A DNA stretch of 64,000 bases, from assembly GCA_043763155.1 (NCBI GenBank), contig JAYULW010000089.1, positions 1,308 to 65,307 of the forward strand, given 5' to 3'. Positions within the stretch are counted from its first letter, which is position 1. Every line of letters begins with the position of its first letter. The position numbers and the translations under genes are program-made. The DNA comes from Alphaproteobacteria bacterium (GTDB lineage Bacteria; Pseudomonadota; Alphaproteobacteria; Rickettsiales; SXRF01). Shown piece after piece: positions 9,018 through 17,534 of this stretch. The notes under the pieces are model-generated. The model had not been told where the DNA came from and searched no databases. It was given only the letters and a program-made list of their open reading frames with translations.

Positions 9018-9021
9018 TTGG

Positions 9022-9864
9022 TTACTCCAGTGCGATATTGTCAATCAGGCGGGTGGTGCCGAGATGGGCTGCCACCAGCAGGCGCGCGGGCGCGGCGTAT
9101 GTGGGCATGGCATCCAGCGTGTATTCGGCGCGCAGTTCCAGATAGTCAACGCGCAAGCCTGCATTGGTGAGGGTTGCTTTGCCTTTTTCGAGGGCTGCGG
9201 CTACCGGCTCGCCCAGCTTGATGGCGGTGGCGGTTTGGTTGAGGGTTTCGTGAATCAGGGGCGCGGTTTGGCGCTCGGCGGGGGTGAGGTAGGCGTTGCG
9301 CGAAGAGAGCGCGAGGCCGTCGGGTTCGCGCACCGTTTCAACCCCTGCGATTTCGACACCGAGGTCGAGGTCGGTAACGACGCGCTGGATGACGCAGAGC
9401 TGCTGGTAATCTTTTTCGCCGAACAGGGCGATGTGCGGGAGGGTGCGGATCAGGAGCTTGGTGACGACGGTGGCCACGCCCTCGAAATGACCGGGGCGGT
9501 GAGCGCCTTCAAGGATGGTGCTTAATGGGCCGGGGGAGATGGAGGTGGTGAAGTCTTCGGGGTATAAATCCGGGGCGTCGGGGGCGTAAACGAGGGTTGC
9601 GCCTGCTTCATGCGCTTTCTTAAGATCATCTTCCAACATTCTGGGATATTTGGGAAAATCTTCGCCTGCGCCAAATTGTTTGGGGTTTACGAAGATGGTG
9701 ACGACCACGGCGTCGGCGAGTTCGGCGGCCTGGGCGATCAGGGCCTGATGGCCGCTGTGGAGGGCGCCCATGGTGGGGACCAATGCGATGCGTTTGCCGT
9801 CCATGGCGAGGGCGGCGAGCGCCTCCTGCAGGCTTTCCATATCGCGGCTAATGGTTAATTGCAT
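9022..9864 (-). CDS. panC: Pantoate--beta-alanine ligase
   Basis: ALVPTMGALHSGHQALI (HIGH-like) and the rest of the PanC family pattern. Start at MQLTIS. Confidence 0.9.
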   Translation of the reverse strand: MQLTISRDMESLQEALAALAMDGKRIALVPTMGALHSGHQALIAQAAELADAVVVTIFVNPKQFGAGEDFPKYPRMLEDDLKKAHEAGATLVYAPDAPDLYPEDFTTSISPGPLSTILEGAHRPGHFEGVATVVTKLLIRTLPHIALFGEKDYQQLCVIQRVVTDLDLGVEIAGVETVREPDGLALSSRNAYLTPAERQTAPLIHETLNQTATAIKLGEPVAAALEKGKATLTNAGLRVDYLELRAEYTLDAMPTYAAPARLLVAAHLGTTRLIDNIALE

Positions 9865-9964
9865 AGATCCTGCACTTGTTTTATAAATATACCCGATAAA
9901 CAAACCGAATCGGGGGGCTTAAGCCTGTGATTTGGCGTTGTATAGGGGTAAAAGGTCTAAAGGA

Positions 9965-10465
9965 ATGGTGGATAAAAAGCAATCGGGGAATTTCGGGGGT
10001 TCGGGCGGTGCAGACCCCGTGAAGGCCGCGGCTGCCCGCGAAAAATTCGCCGCCCTGTTCCGCGATGCGCCGGAGCCGCCACATGCAGCCGTGGCATCGC
10101 CTATTACATGGACGCGCGAAACGCTTGGGGAGCTGCGCAAAGTCAAAGAACGGCTCAAAGGTTTCCGGGGCAATCATAGCGGTGATTTTGCGACCATAAG
10201 CGACGAAGATACCGCAAGCTCGCCGGGGCTGGTGCACCTGCTGGATGCGTTTGGCCGGGCGAAAAATGTGCTGATAGCCTTTCAATTCGAGATGGAGGCA
10301 CAGGGCAAAAGCTTTGGCTTTAGCAGCGAAGTTACCGGTAAAAAACAAGGCACGATCACAGTGAGCGATGTATCTTACGCACTTATTGAACCCTTTATTT
10401 CTGAAAAGTTGAAATCCCTGACCCATGCCGCAAGCACCAGCCCCACTACCCCCGGCAAGCGCTGA
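9965..10465 (+). CDS. Hypothetical protein
   Basis: This ORF fills the panC-zapE gap with normal amino-acid composition. I recognise no motif. The start (9932 vs 9965) is uncertain. Confidence 0.5.
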   Translation: MVDKKQSGNFGGSGGADPVKAAAAREKFAALFRDAPEPPHAAVASPITWTRETLGELRKVKERLKGFRGNHSGDFATISDEDTASSPGLVHLLDAFGRAKNVLIAFQFEMEAQGKSFGFSSEVTGKKQGTITVSDVSYALIEPFISEKLKSLTHAASTSPTTPGKR

Positions 10466-11552
10466 AATGCCCCCTGCCCTAATTTCCCTTTACCAGCAAC
10501 GCGTAGATAGCGGTGACATCGTGGACGATGCGGCGCAGCGCGAGGTTTTGAAGGCGCTGCAGGCGCTGGCCGATGCGCTGGCAAAGCCCAAGGAAACCGG
10601 GCTTTTTGGCAAGTTGTTCGCCAAGGCCCCGCCTGCGCCGCAGGGCCTGTATATCTGGGGGAATGTAGGGCGCGGAAAATCCATGCTGATGGATTTATTT
10701 TTTCAGGAAGTGCGGGTGGAGAAGAAGCGGCGGTGCCATTTCCATGCATTTATGCAGGAGGTGCATGCGCGCATGCACCAGTTGCGCCAGGAAGGGCTGG
10801 ACCCGGTGGTGGTGCTGGCGCAGCAACTGGCGGAAGAGACGCGGCTGCTGTGTTTTGATGAGTTGCAGGCGACCGATGTTGCGGATGCGACACTGCTTTA
10901 CCGGCTTTTTGACGGGTTGTTTGCGGCGGGGGTTGTGGTGGTGAGCACCTCGAACAGGCCGCCTGCCTCGCTTTATACGGGGAGTGTGCAGCGCGAGCGG
11001 TTTGGGAAATTTATCGGGTTGATTGAGGGGCACATGAAGGTGATGTCGCTTTCGAGCGCGACCGATTACCGGCATATGCAGCTAAAGAGCCTTGAAAAGG
11101 TATATTTCTGGCCGCTGGGGGCTGAGGCGGATGAGGCGGTTGAAGCGGCCATTGCGCATTTGTGCGACGATGCTACGGCGCACAAGGACGAGTTTGTGGT
11201 GCAGGGGCGGCATGTGCCGTTTACGCTGTATAGCCAGAGCATGGGGGCATTTACGTTCCAGCAATTGTGCGAACAACCCATGGGGCCTGCGGATTATCTG
11301 GCGATTGCCAAAAGGCTGGATACGGTGATTTTGACGGGCATACGCAAGCTTTCGGCGGAGGGGAAGAACACGGCGAAGCGGTTTGTGACCCTGATTGACG
11401 CGCTGTATGAACATAAGGTAGTGTTGGTTTGCACCGCCGAAGCGCCGCCGGAAGCCTTGTATAGCGAGGGTGACGGCAGCTTTGAGTTCAAGCGCACCGA
11501 GTCGCGGCTGGCGGAAATGCAATCGTCTAATTATTTACGTGAGATCGAATGA
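10425..11552 (+). CDS. zapE: AFG1/ZapE-family ATPase
   Basis: Walker A LYIWGNVGRGKSMLMDLF, Walker B LLCFDELQ, and family-typical length. An alternative start at 10467 lies immediately after the upstream stop. Confidence 0.85.
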   Translation: MPQAPAPLPPASAEMPPALISLYQQRVDSGDIVDDAAQREVLKALQALADALAKPKETGLFGKLFAKAPPAPQGLYIWGNVGRGKSMLMDLFFQEVRVEKKRRCHFHAFMQEVHARMHQLRQEGLDPVVVLAQQLAEETRLLCFDELQATDVADATLLYRLFDGLFAAGVVVVSTSNRPPASLYTGSVQRERFGKFIGLIEGHMKVMSLSSATDYRHMQLKSLEKVYFWPLGAEADEAVEAAIAHLCDDATAHKDEFVVQGRHVPFTLYSQSMGAFTFQQLCEQPMGPADYLAIAKRLDTVILTGIRKLSAEGKNTAKRFVTLIDALYEHKVVLVCTAEAPPEALYSEGDGSFEFKRTESRLAEMQSSNYLREIE

Positions 11553-12520
11553 TGGCCCCCTCCTCTCCTTTACGCATTGTGCTTTCGCAGCCGCGCGGGT
11601 TTTGCGCGGGCGTAGACCGGGCGATTGAAATCGTGGAGCGGGCGCTGCAGATTTACGGCCCGCCAGTGTATGTGCGCCACGAGATTGTGCATAACAAATG
11701 GGTGGTGGAGGATTTGCGCTCGAAGGGCGTGGTGTTCGTGGGTGAAGTGGATGAAATTCCCGACGGGGCGATTACGGTGTTTTCGGCGCATGGGATTTCG
11801 GAGAAGGTGGAAAACAGCGCGCATTTGCGCGATTTGCCGGTTATTGACGCCACCTGCCCGCTGGTGACCAAGGTGCACCGCGAGGCGCAGCGCTACGAGG
11901 CGGAAGGGCGAGAAATTGTGCTGATCGGGCATGAGGGCCACCCGGAGGTGGAGGGTACATCGGGGCGCGTGAAGCAGGGTGTTTTCCTGGTACAGGATGT
12001 TGCGGATGTTGCGAAACTGGAGGTGCAGCACCCGGACCAGCTTGCATATGTGACGCAGACGACGCTGAGCGTGGACGATACGAAAGATATTATTGCGGCG
12101 CTGAAAGCGCGCTACCCAAGCATTGCCGGGCCGGAGCTGCGGGATATTTGCTATGCGACGCAGAACCGGCAGAACGCGGTGCGCACGCTGGCGGCGCAGG
12201 TGGATTTGCTGCTGGTGATTGGCTCGGCCAATAGCTCGAACTCGAACCGCTTGCGCGATCTGGCGGATGAAATCGGGATTGCAGCGCATTTGATTGATGA
12301 TGCGAGAGGCTTGCAGCCGCAGTGGTTTGATGTGATTGGCACGGTGGGCATTACTGCCGGGGCAAGCGCGCCGGAGCATCTGGTGCAAGGTGTGGTGGAT
12401 GCGATTGGGCGGCTTCGGCCCACGGTAGTGGAGACCATGGCGGGGGATGCGGAAAATACGCGCTTCAAGCTGCCGCCGGAAGTGACGGGCGAAAAGAATT
12501 TGCGCAATAGCGCGGCCTAA
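11549..12520 (+). CDS. ispH: 4-hydroxy-3-methylbut-2-enyl diphosphate reductase
   Basis: RGFCAGVDRAIEIVE, the VFSAHG region (FSAHGISE), ATCPLVTKVH and SSNSNRL are IspH/LytB signatures. Confidence 0.92.
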   Translation: MMAPSSPLRIVLSQPRGFCAGVDRAIEIVERALQIYGPPVYVRHEIVHNKWVVEDLRSKGVVFVGEVDEIPDGAITVFSAHGISEKVENSAHLRDLPVIDATCPLVTKVHREAQRYEAEGREIVLIGHEGHPEVEGTSGRVKQGVFLVQDVADVAKLEVQHPDQLAYVTQTTLSVDDTKDIIAALKARYPSIAGPELRDICYATQNRQNAVRTLAAQVDLLLVIGSANSSNSNRLRDLADEIGIAAHLIDDARGLQPQWFDVIGTVGITAGASAPEHLVQGVVDAIGRLRPTVVETMAGDAENTRFKLPPEVTGEKNLRNSAA

Positions 12521-13039
12521 TTATTTAGCGATTGGATTGGTGGTTTTGCCCATGGGAGTGCCCATTGGCAGTTTTTGCGGCGCGGGGTCGTAGGGGCCGC
12601 CGGTGCTGTAGCCGGGGCCTTGCTCGACGGGGAGCTGCGGGTGTTCGATGTTTTTGCGCCATTCCTTGAGTTTGCCTACGGCTTCGTCGCTTACGGTTTT
12701 GCCTTGCGGGATGATGCTTACGCCGCGCTTGTCGGTGCGGCTGTAGTGCATTTGCGCATCGTTCAGGCTGTTTACAAAAATGCTGCCGTCGGGTTGGGCG
12801 ATGCCCTTATACACCGTGCCTACTTCGCCTTTACTGGTTTCGGACATGACCACGATAAGGCGCTCGTTGGGGTCGGGCTTTGCTGCTTCATGTTTGCGGG
12901 CGTCGGGGTTTGTGGCCCAGTTCAGGGCATTCAGGATTTTCAGGCCCGCGCTCATTTTGGCGGTGCTTTTCGGCTCGATCATTTCGCCGGATTTGCGCTT
13001 GGCTTCATATTCGGCATTGGTGAGGACGGGTGCTGGCAT
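12521..13039 (-). CDS. Hypothetical protein
   Basis: ORF with plausible composition. Start taken at MPAPVL. No motif recognised. Confidence 0.5.
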   Translation of the reverse strand: MPAPVLTNAEYEAKRKSGEMIEPKSTAKMSAGLKILNALNWATNPDARKHEAAKPDPNERLIVVMSETSKGEVGTVYKGIAQPDGSIFVNSLNDAQMHYSRTDKRGVSIIPQGKTVSDEAVGKLKEWRKNIEHPQLPVEQGPGYSTGGPYDPAPQKLPMGTPMGKTTNPIAK

Positions 13040-13114
13040 CCGGCGTTTCCTGCTTGGTTTCCCCTGAGTATAGCAAGAAAGCGTTAAAAAGCCCAATGCG
13101 CTGATTTATTTGGG

Positions 13115-14635
13115 TTATTCCAGCTCGTATAGTTCGTATCTTTCATCGCTGATGGAGCCGTAGAAGGCATTTATGAAATGGGTTTCGGCGATGAAGCGAA
13201 TTTTTTCGGTGGTGCTCCAGCGCAAGGTGCGGCCAAAACCATGCTTGTATACCCCCGAATCCGGCGTCAGCATGCCGTATTCAAAAATGAGCAAGACAGG
13301 TTTGTGGGTTTGCGCGTGCAAGGTTTGGGCCGTATCGAGAATATCGCTTAGCGACATGTCGGGGGTGTAGCTGCGCGAAAAACGGGTCCATGTGCCGTAG
13401 GTTTTGCCACGGGGGAAATAGATAGGGTTTGGCAGGTAGTAGGGCAGCGGCTGCAGCATATAGTCCGGTTCGCCAATCAGAATTGCGTCGTTCCATGCGG
13501 GGTTGGCGGCGATGGTTTGGGCAAGCGCGGCGCTGCTGCTGTAAGACAGCCTGATGTCGTTGGTGATGAGCAGCCCCACGAGCGGCATGGGCATCAGGAA
13601 GATGAGCATCAGCACATAAGGAAACAGGCGGCGGTAGGTGCGGAATGCGGCCACGGGGGGTGCTTCGCGCTCGACCCATAGCAAGACCATGACAGCGCCC
13701 AGCATCAGGCCCTCATGGCGCAGCGCCAGATTGTAAACGGTGCCGCTGAGTATATTCAGGGCAGAGACGATGAAGACCAGCGTGGCAAGCATGCGAATGC
13801 GCGGAATGAAATACGCATAGCAGGCAAAGATGCATAACGAGCTTGCAAATACGCTGCCCTCTACCAGCACACCCCTGAAAGGGCCGCCGGGCAGGATAAC
13901 GGTTGTGAGGATGGTGAGGAAAATCTGGGGCAGCACGTCATTGGGCTGCGCATTGTCCAGTATGCCGATGGTGGACTGGCCGTCGGGAATGGTGAACCAT
14001 GCCGTAATGGCGATGAGGGCGCACACGGCGGCGGGCCATGCATAATCGGCGCGGGTGCGCGGGCGGGGCAAAGGCTCGCTTGCAGCATAGAGCGCGAAGG
14101 CAAAGGCGATGACGGCGCCGGGGATGGTGGAAAGGGTGAGCAGCATCAGCGCGCCGTAGGGCAGCCACGGGCGGGTGAAGCGGTACTGGTAGCAGCTGGC
14201 GAAGGCAAACATCAGGCACAGGCTCAGCCCGCAATTGCGGGCGACCACCACGCCTTCATAAATCGGCAGGCATCCGCAGAGGAACAGGGTTTTAACGGGT
14301 AATGGCAAGGGGGCGAAGCGCAGCAGCAGCCCTGCTGCGGTCATGGCCACCAGCCACGAGGCCAGCGGCAGCACCCAACTGGCATGGAAGACCATGTCGA
14401 GGGCCTTGAGAATGAAGTACCATAGCGGGGGGTGGACTTCGTTGCGCAGGAAGGTGAAGAGGTCTGCGAAGGAGTGGGAGGCACGGGCAATGCTTAGGGC
14501 GCGCACCTCGTCGCGCCATGGCTCGTGGTACATGAACGCCATGATGCCGGTGAATACGGCGTAGGTAAGCCAGACCAGCAGGGGTGCGTATTTATTCAGG
14601 GATTTGCCGAAGGTTTTACCCATGCTCGGCGGCAT
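13115..14635 (-). CDS. Polytopic membrane protein, GT-C/PMT_2 (ArnT-like) glycosyltransferase fold suspected
   Basis: At least 10 hydrophobic segments. The first-loop acidic motif WRDE and the HPPLWYFILK motif are typical of ArnT/PMT_2-type enzymes. Soluble C-terminal ~130 aa. Confidence 0.6.
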   Translation of the reverse strand: MPPSMGKTFGKSLNKYAPLLVWLTYAVFTGIMAFMYHEPWRDEVRALSIARASHSFADLFTFLRNEVHPPLWYFILKALDMVFHASWVLPLASWLVAMTAAGLLLRFAPLPLPVKTLFLCGCLPIYEGVVVARNCGLSLCLMFAFASCYQYRFTRPWLPYGALMLLTLSTIPGAVIAFAFALYAASEPLPRPRTRADYAWPAAVCALIAITAWFTIPDGQSTIGILDNAQPNDVLPQIFLTILTTVILPGGPFRGVLVEGSVFASSLCIFACYAYFIPRIRMLATLVFIVSALNILSGTVYNLALRHEGLMLGAVMVLLWVEREAPPVAAFRTYRRLFPYVLMLIFLMPMPLVGLLITNDIRLSYSSSAALAQTIAANPAWNDAILIGEPDYMLQPLPYYLPNPIYFPRGKTYGTWTRFSRSYTPDMSLSDILDTAQTLHAQTHKPVLLIFEYGMLTPDSGVYKHGFGRTLRWSTTEKIRFIAETHFINAFYGSISDERYELYELE

Positions 14636-14784
14636 TACCGGTGGCTGTAGTGATTGCCGGTGGCGGCGTTTTTATAATGCGCGCCTTTGTGGGAGGAGCC
14701 GGACGAATAATGGCCGCCTTTTGCCTGCGCCTGGGCCGCGCAACACATAACGCCACATACAACCATCAGCGCGAACCGTTTCAT
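14635..14784 (-). CDS. 49-aa secreted mini-protein with three G-x-HY repeats
   Basis: MKRFALMVVCGVMCCAAQAQA signal peptide, then KGGHYSSGSSHKGAHYKNAATGNHYSHR. RBS AAAGGGG. Its TAA overlaps the ATG of the downstream GT-C-like gene (TAATG). The longer track ORF (to 14856) would run into tRNA-Val. Confidence 0.5.
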   Translation of the reverse strand: MKRFALMVVCGVMCCAAQAQAKGGHYSSGSSHKGAHYKNAATGNHYSHR

Positions 14785-14811
14785 GATGCCCCTTTGCGTA
14801 CTGACTGGAAA

Positions 14812-14888
14812 TGGTGGGCGATACTTGACTCGAACAAGCGACCTCCACGATGTCAACGTGGCGCTCTAACCAACTGAGCTAATCGCCC
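14812..14888 (-). tRNA. tRNA-Val (anticodon GAC)
   Basis: The reverse complement folds as a cloverleaf: acceptor GGGCGAT/ATCGCCC, D-arm GCTC/GAGC, anticodon stem CCACG/CGTGG with loop TTGACAT, T-arm GCTTG TTCGAGT CAAGT (stem with one G-T wobble), and encoded CCA. Confidence 0.9.
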
Positions 14889-14963
14889 CCTTTTTCCGGA
14901 ACGGGCACACAAATAGCAGCAAAGGGACATGCTAGGCAAGCCCTATTCTGGCGGTTTTATGGG

Positions 14964-15395
14964 CTAAACGACGTGCGCTAAGGGGCTAGAAGCAGGCACG
15001 GTTTCGGCCTTTAGCAGCACCAGCTCATTGCTGATGCGGCGGGCAAGATCGTGGGGCATGGCGTGCTTTACGCTCAGGTCAATGTGCAGGGCCTGCGCGG
15101 TTTTATCAATCAGCACGGCGCTTTTCAAGGCGGGCTGGCGGGCGTGGGCCTCACGGGCATATTGCAACGCCCATGCCAGTTCGTCGGCGCGCACCGCATC
15201 GGTGAAGCCTGCATATTTCATACTGCTAATCAGCGACTTAGCTTCGCGCAGCTCCGCGTATTCGCGGGCGGATGCCTGACGCATGTCGGCCAGCTTATGG
15301 CGAAGGAAGTCGAGTACGGCGCCCAGCTCGCCGCTAAATTCGCGGTGGACGTTTTCCAGATATTGCGGCGCAACAAATGTCTGCATGGTCTGCAT
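14964..15395 (-). CDS. Hypothetical protein
   Basis: Start at MQTMQTF is preceded by AAGAGGAAAA RBS. The longer track ORF (to 15530) covers AT-rich promoter DNA. No motif recognised. Confidence 0.55.
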   Translation of the reverse strand: MQTMQTFVAPQYLENVHREFSGELGAVLDFLRHKLADMRQASAREYAELREAKSLISSMKYAGFTDAVRADELAWALQYAREAHARQPALKSAVLIDKTAQALHIDLSVKHAMPHDLARRISNELVLLKAETVPASSPLAHVV

Positions 15396-15499
15396 GTGAT
15401 TTTCCTCTTTTCCCGGTTGTGGCCTGTTATTGCTTTGTATTTTTTTATTGGAAGTGGGTTGTAGCATAAATATTCGCACTTCGCCAGCATTACCGGGCT

Positions 15500-15531
15500 T
15501 TATCCACAGTTTTTTGCACAGCTTATCCACA
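15500..15531. promoter_or_regulatory. Two perfect consensus DnaA boxes (TTATCCACA) in direct orientation
   Basis: TTATCCACA at about 15500-15508 and 15523-15531, 14 nt apart. They lie in the intergenic region between the hypothetical gene (minus strand) and tRNA-Arg. Confidence 0.45.
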
Positions 15532-15639
15532 ATGGGACAGAGTGCATTGCAGCATGCAATTGCTGCAGCCCCGCGAGAGCGTTGAAAGCAAAGTTTTTAT
15601 TGCGTGTTGGGGTAGGCTCACGTATGCCGGGTGGGTTGT

Positions 15640-15716
15640 GTGCCCATAGCTCAGTTGGATAGAGCACGAGCCTTCTAAGCTCGGGGTCGCAGGTTCGAAT
15701 CCTGCTGGGCACGCCA
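15640..15716 (+). tRNA. tRNA-Arg (anticodon TCT)
   Basis: Acceptor GTGCCCA/TGGGCAC, D-arm GCTC AGTTGGATA GAGC, anticodon stem CGAGC/GCTCG with loop CTTCTAA, T-arm GCAGG TTCGAAT CCTGC, and encoded CCA. Confidence 0.9.
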
Positions 15717-15724
15717 GCATTTTT
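15707..15724 (+). repeat. Direct repeat copy 1 (attL-like; last 10 nt of tRNA-Arg plus 8 nt)
   Basis: GGGCACGCCAGCATTTTT is identical to 17087-17104. Confidence 0.75.
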
Positions 15725-15849
15725 AGATCAATGGGTTAGGAACTCTAATAGTAAAAAACACCTAATATCTAATTTAGATCAATCAGCTTAGAAAGATTAG
15801 CATAACTGCGCGTTTTTTTATCCATTGCAAGCGTACAAGGACTACAGGA

Positions 15850-16977
15850 ATGAAACTCTCCAAGTTCATACGCCATAATATCGAGGAAATCTCAGTCGAG
15901 TGGGAAAGGTTTGCAGCCACATTATTACCGGATGAGGAATTTAGCGCGTCTGTGCTGCGAGATGGTATTGCGGCCATTTTAAAAGAAATTGCTACTGACA
16001 TGGACTGCTCTCAAAGCGCACAGGAGCAGCAGGACAAATCAGAAGGCGGTCAAGAATCCAATCCAGATAAGGATAATGCGGCGGAAACGCATGCGTTGGC
16101 GCGTGTGCGCATGGGATTAACTTCACGCCAGCTTATTTCTGAATTTAGAGCATTGCGCGCGACTGTCCTGCGTTTATGGGAGGAAAGTGATACAGAGGTC
16201 AGTAAAGATGATCTCTATGATATTACACGCTTCAATGAAGCTGTGGATCAGGCTTTGACCGAAGCAGCAGTACGATATTCAGAGAAAATTGAACAATCTC
16301 GTGAATTATTCCTGGGTATCCTTGCTCATGACCTCCGCACTCCACTGGGTGCAATTTCTGGGTTAGCACAATTACTTGTTTACGCAAAAAATCCTGACCG
16401 GAATGCTGAATTTGCAAGCCAGATATTGGTTAGTGCTGGTCGTATGGCCCATATGATTACGGATCTTATGGAATTGACGCGCGTTCAGTTAGGTTCAGGA
16501 ATATCCGTGAATCCCTCTGAAAGCGATATTGTAAATATTTGTTCCAACGTCATTACGGAAATGAAGGCCATTTATCCAGAACGCGCCTTCACATTGGACG
16601 CCGATGAATCGCTTATTGGAAAATGGGATGAGCCAAAACTGGGGCAGGTTTTATCAAATCTTTTGGCTAATGCCGTACAACATGGCTATGCAAACTCGGT
16701 GATTACAGTAAAGGCTAAAAAATTAAAGAATATTATAGAACTACAGGTACATAATGAAGGCTCAGCTGTTCCTGAAAAATTACTGCCCATTTTATTTGAC
16801 CGTTTTGTTCAGGGTAAAGCTGGCTTTAGAGCTGATGAAGGCCGAGCGGCTAATTTAGGGCTAGGCCTGTATATAGCTCGGGAGATTATTGTCGCACACG
16901 GCGGAACGCTTACCGTCCATTCAACAAATGATGAAGGTACTACGTTTACGGCTAACCTTCCTTTAACGATCACCTGA
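15850..16977 (+). CDS. Soluble sensor histidine kinase (HisKA + HATPase_c), orphan
   Basis: H-box LGILAHDLRTPLGAISG, N-box LSNLLANAVQHG, and G-boxes NEGSAVP and GLGLYIAREIIVAHGG. No TM segments and no adjacent response regulator. AT-rich codon usage. Confidence 0.9.
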   Translation: MKLSKFIRHNIEEISVEWERFAATLLPDEEFSASVLRDGIAAILKEIATDMDCSQSAQEQQDKSEGGQESNPDKDNAAETHALARVRMGLTSRQLISEFRALRATVLRLWEESDTEVSKDDLYDITRFNEAVDQALTEAAVRYSEKIEQSRELFLGILAHDLRTPLGAISGLAQLLVYAKNPDRNAEFASQILVSAGRMAHMITDLMELTRVQLGSGISVNPSESDIVNICSNVITEMKAIYPERAFTLDADESLIGKWDEPKLGQVLSNLLANAVQHGYANSVITVKAKKLKNIIELQVHNEGSAVPEKLLPILFDRFVQGKAGFRADEGRAANLGLGLYIAREIIVAHGGTLTVHSTNDEGTTFTANLPLTIT

Positions 16978-17086
16978 AAAATTATTCACAGTTAGTTTTT
17001 AAGCTGCCAAAAATTCCTGTTGTATGAATCGTACGGATGATGACACCATTACATCCTGATAATAATCAGTTCGCATGCGTCCATTA

Positions 17087-17104
17087 GGGCACGCCAGCAT
17101 TTTT
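17087..17104 (+). repeat. Direct repeat copy 2 (attR-like)
   Basis: GGGCACGCCAGCATTTTT is identical to the tRNA-Arg 3' end copy. Confidence 0.75.
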
Positions 17105-17182
17105 TGCCACTGACATATCCCCTGAGAGCTTAACACATCATTAGGCCATACGTGATTTACTGGCCTGAAGGCTGGGGGGAAA

Positions 17183-17533
17183 ATGCGGGTATTGGTTTGG
17201 ATATTGGTTTTGTGCGTGGGCGGCTATGTGTTTAGCCATGTGCAGATGGCCGGCCATTTTCCAGGTCTTTCACCAGCGGTGCCTACTGCCCGGCATGCGA
17301 GTGAAGATGCGGGGCATTATTACCTGACGGCGGCTGAAATAATCGCCGTTCAACAAACCATGCAGCAATCCGTCAATACACGCCAATTCAAGGATGCGAC
17401 ACTGGCTGACGGGACGGTGGTGCATATTTTTTATGATGGGTATGGGCCGAACATGAAAATACGGCTGGCCAAGAAGATACGCGTTTTAAGCGGTGACGGG
17501 ACTATCGTCGGCGATGAGGTGAACTGGCCTTAG
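17183..17533 (+). CDS. Hypothetical exported/anchored protein
   Basis: N-terminal hydrophobic segment VLVWILVLCVGGYVF. The next gene starts 2 nt after it ends. Confidence 0.55.
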   Translation: MRVLVWILVLCVGGYVFSHVQMAGHFPGLSPAVPTARHASEDAGHYYLTAAEIIAVQQTMQQSVNTRQFKDATLADGTVVHIFYDGYGPNMKIRLAKKIRVLSGDGTIVGDEVNWP

Positions 17534-17534
17534 C

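Larger units (their letters stand above)
15717..17104 (+). mobile_element. Integrase-less low-GC islet inserted at the tRNA-Arg 3' end
   Basis: Flanked by the 18-bp direct repeat. The interior is visibly more AT-rich than both flanks. It holds a single orphan kinase gene and an 11-bp internal direct repeat TTTAGATCAAT (about 15722 and 15773). Confidence 0.55.

Noticed and set aside
14785-14856. N-terminal extension of the small HY-repeat ORF (track ORF 14635..14856).
   Set aside because: The extension overlaps tRNA-Val on the same strand. The internal ATG at 14784 has a good RBS and yields a clean signal peptide.
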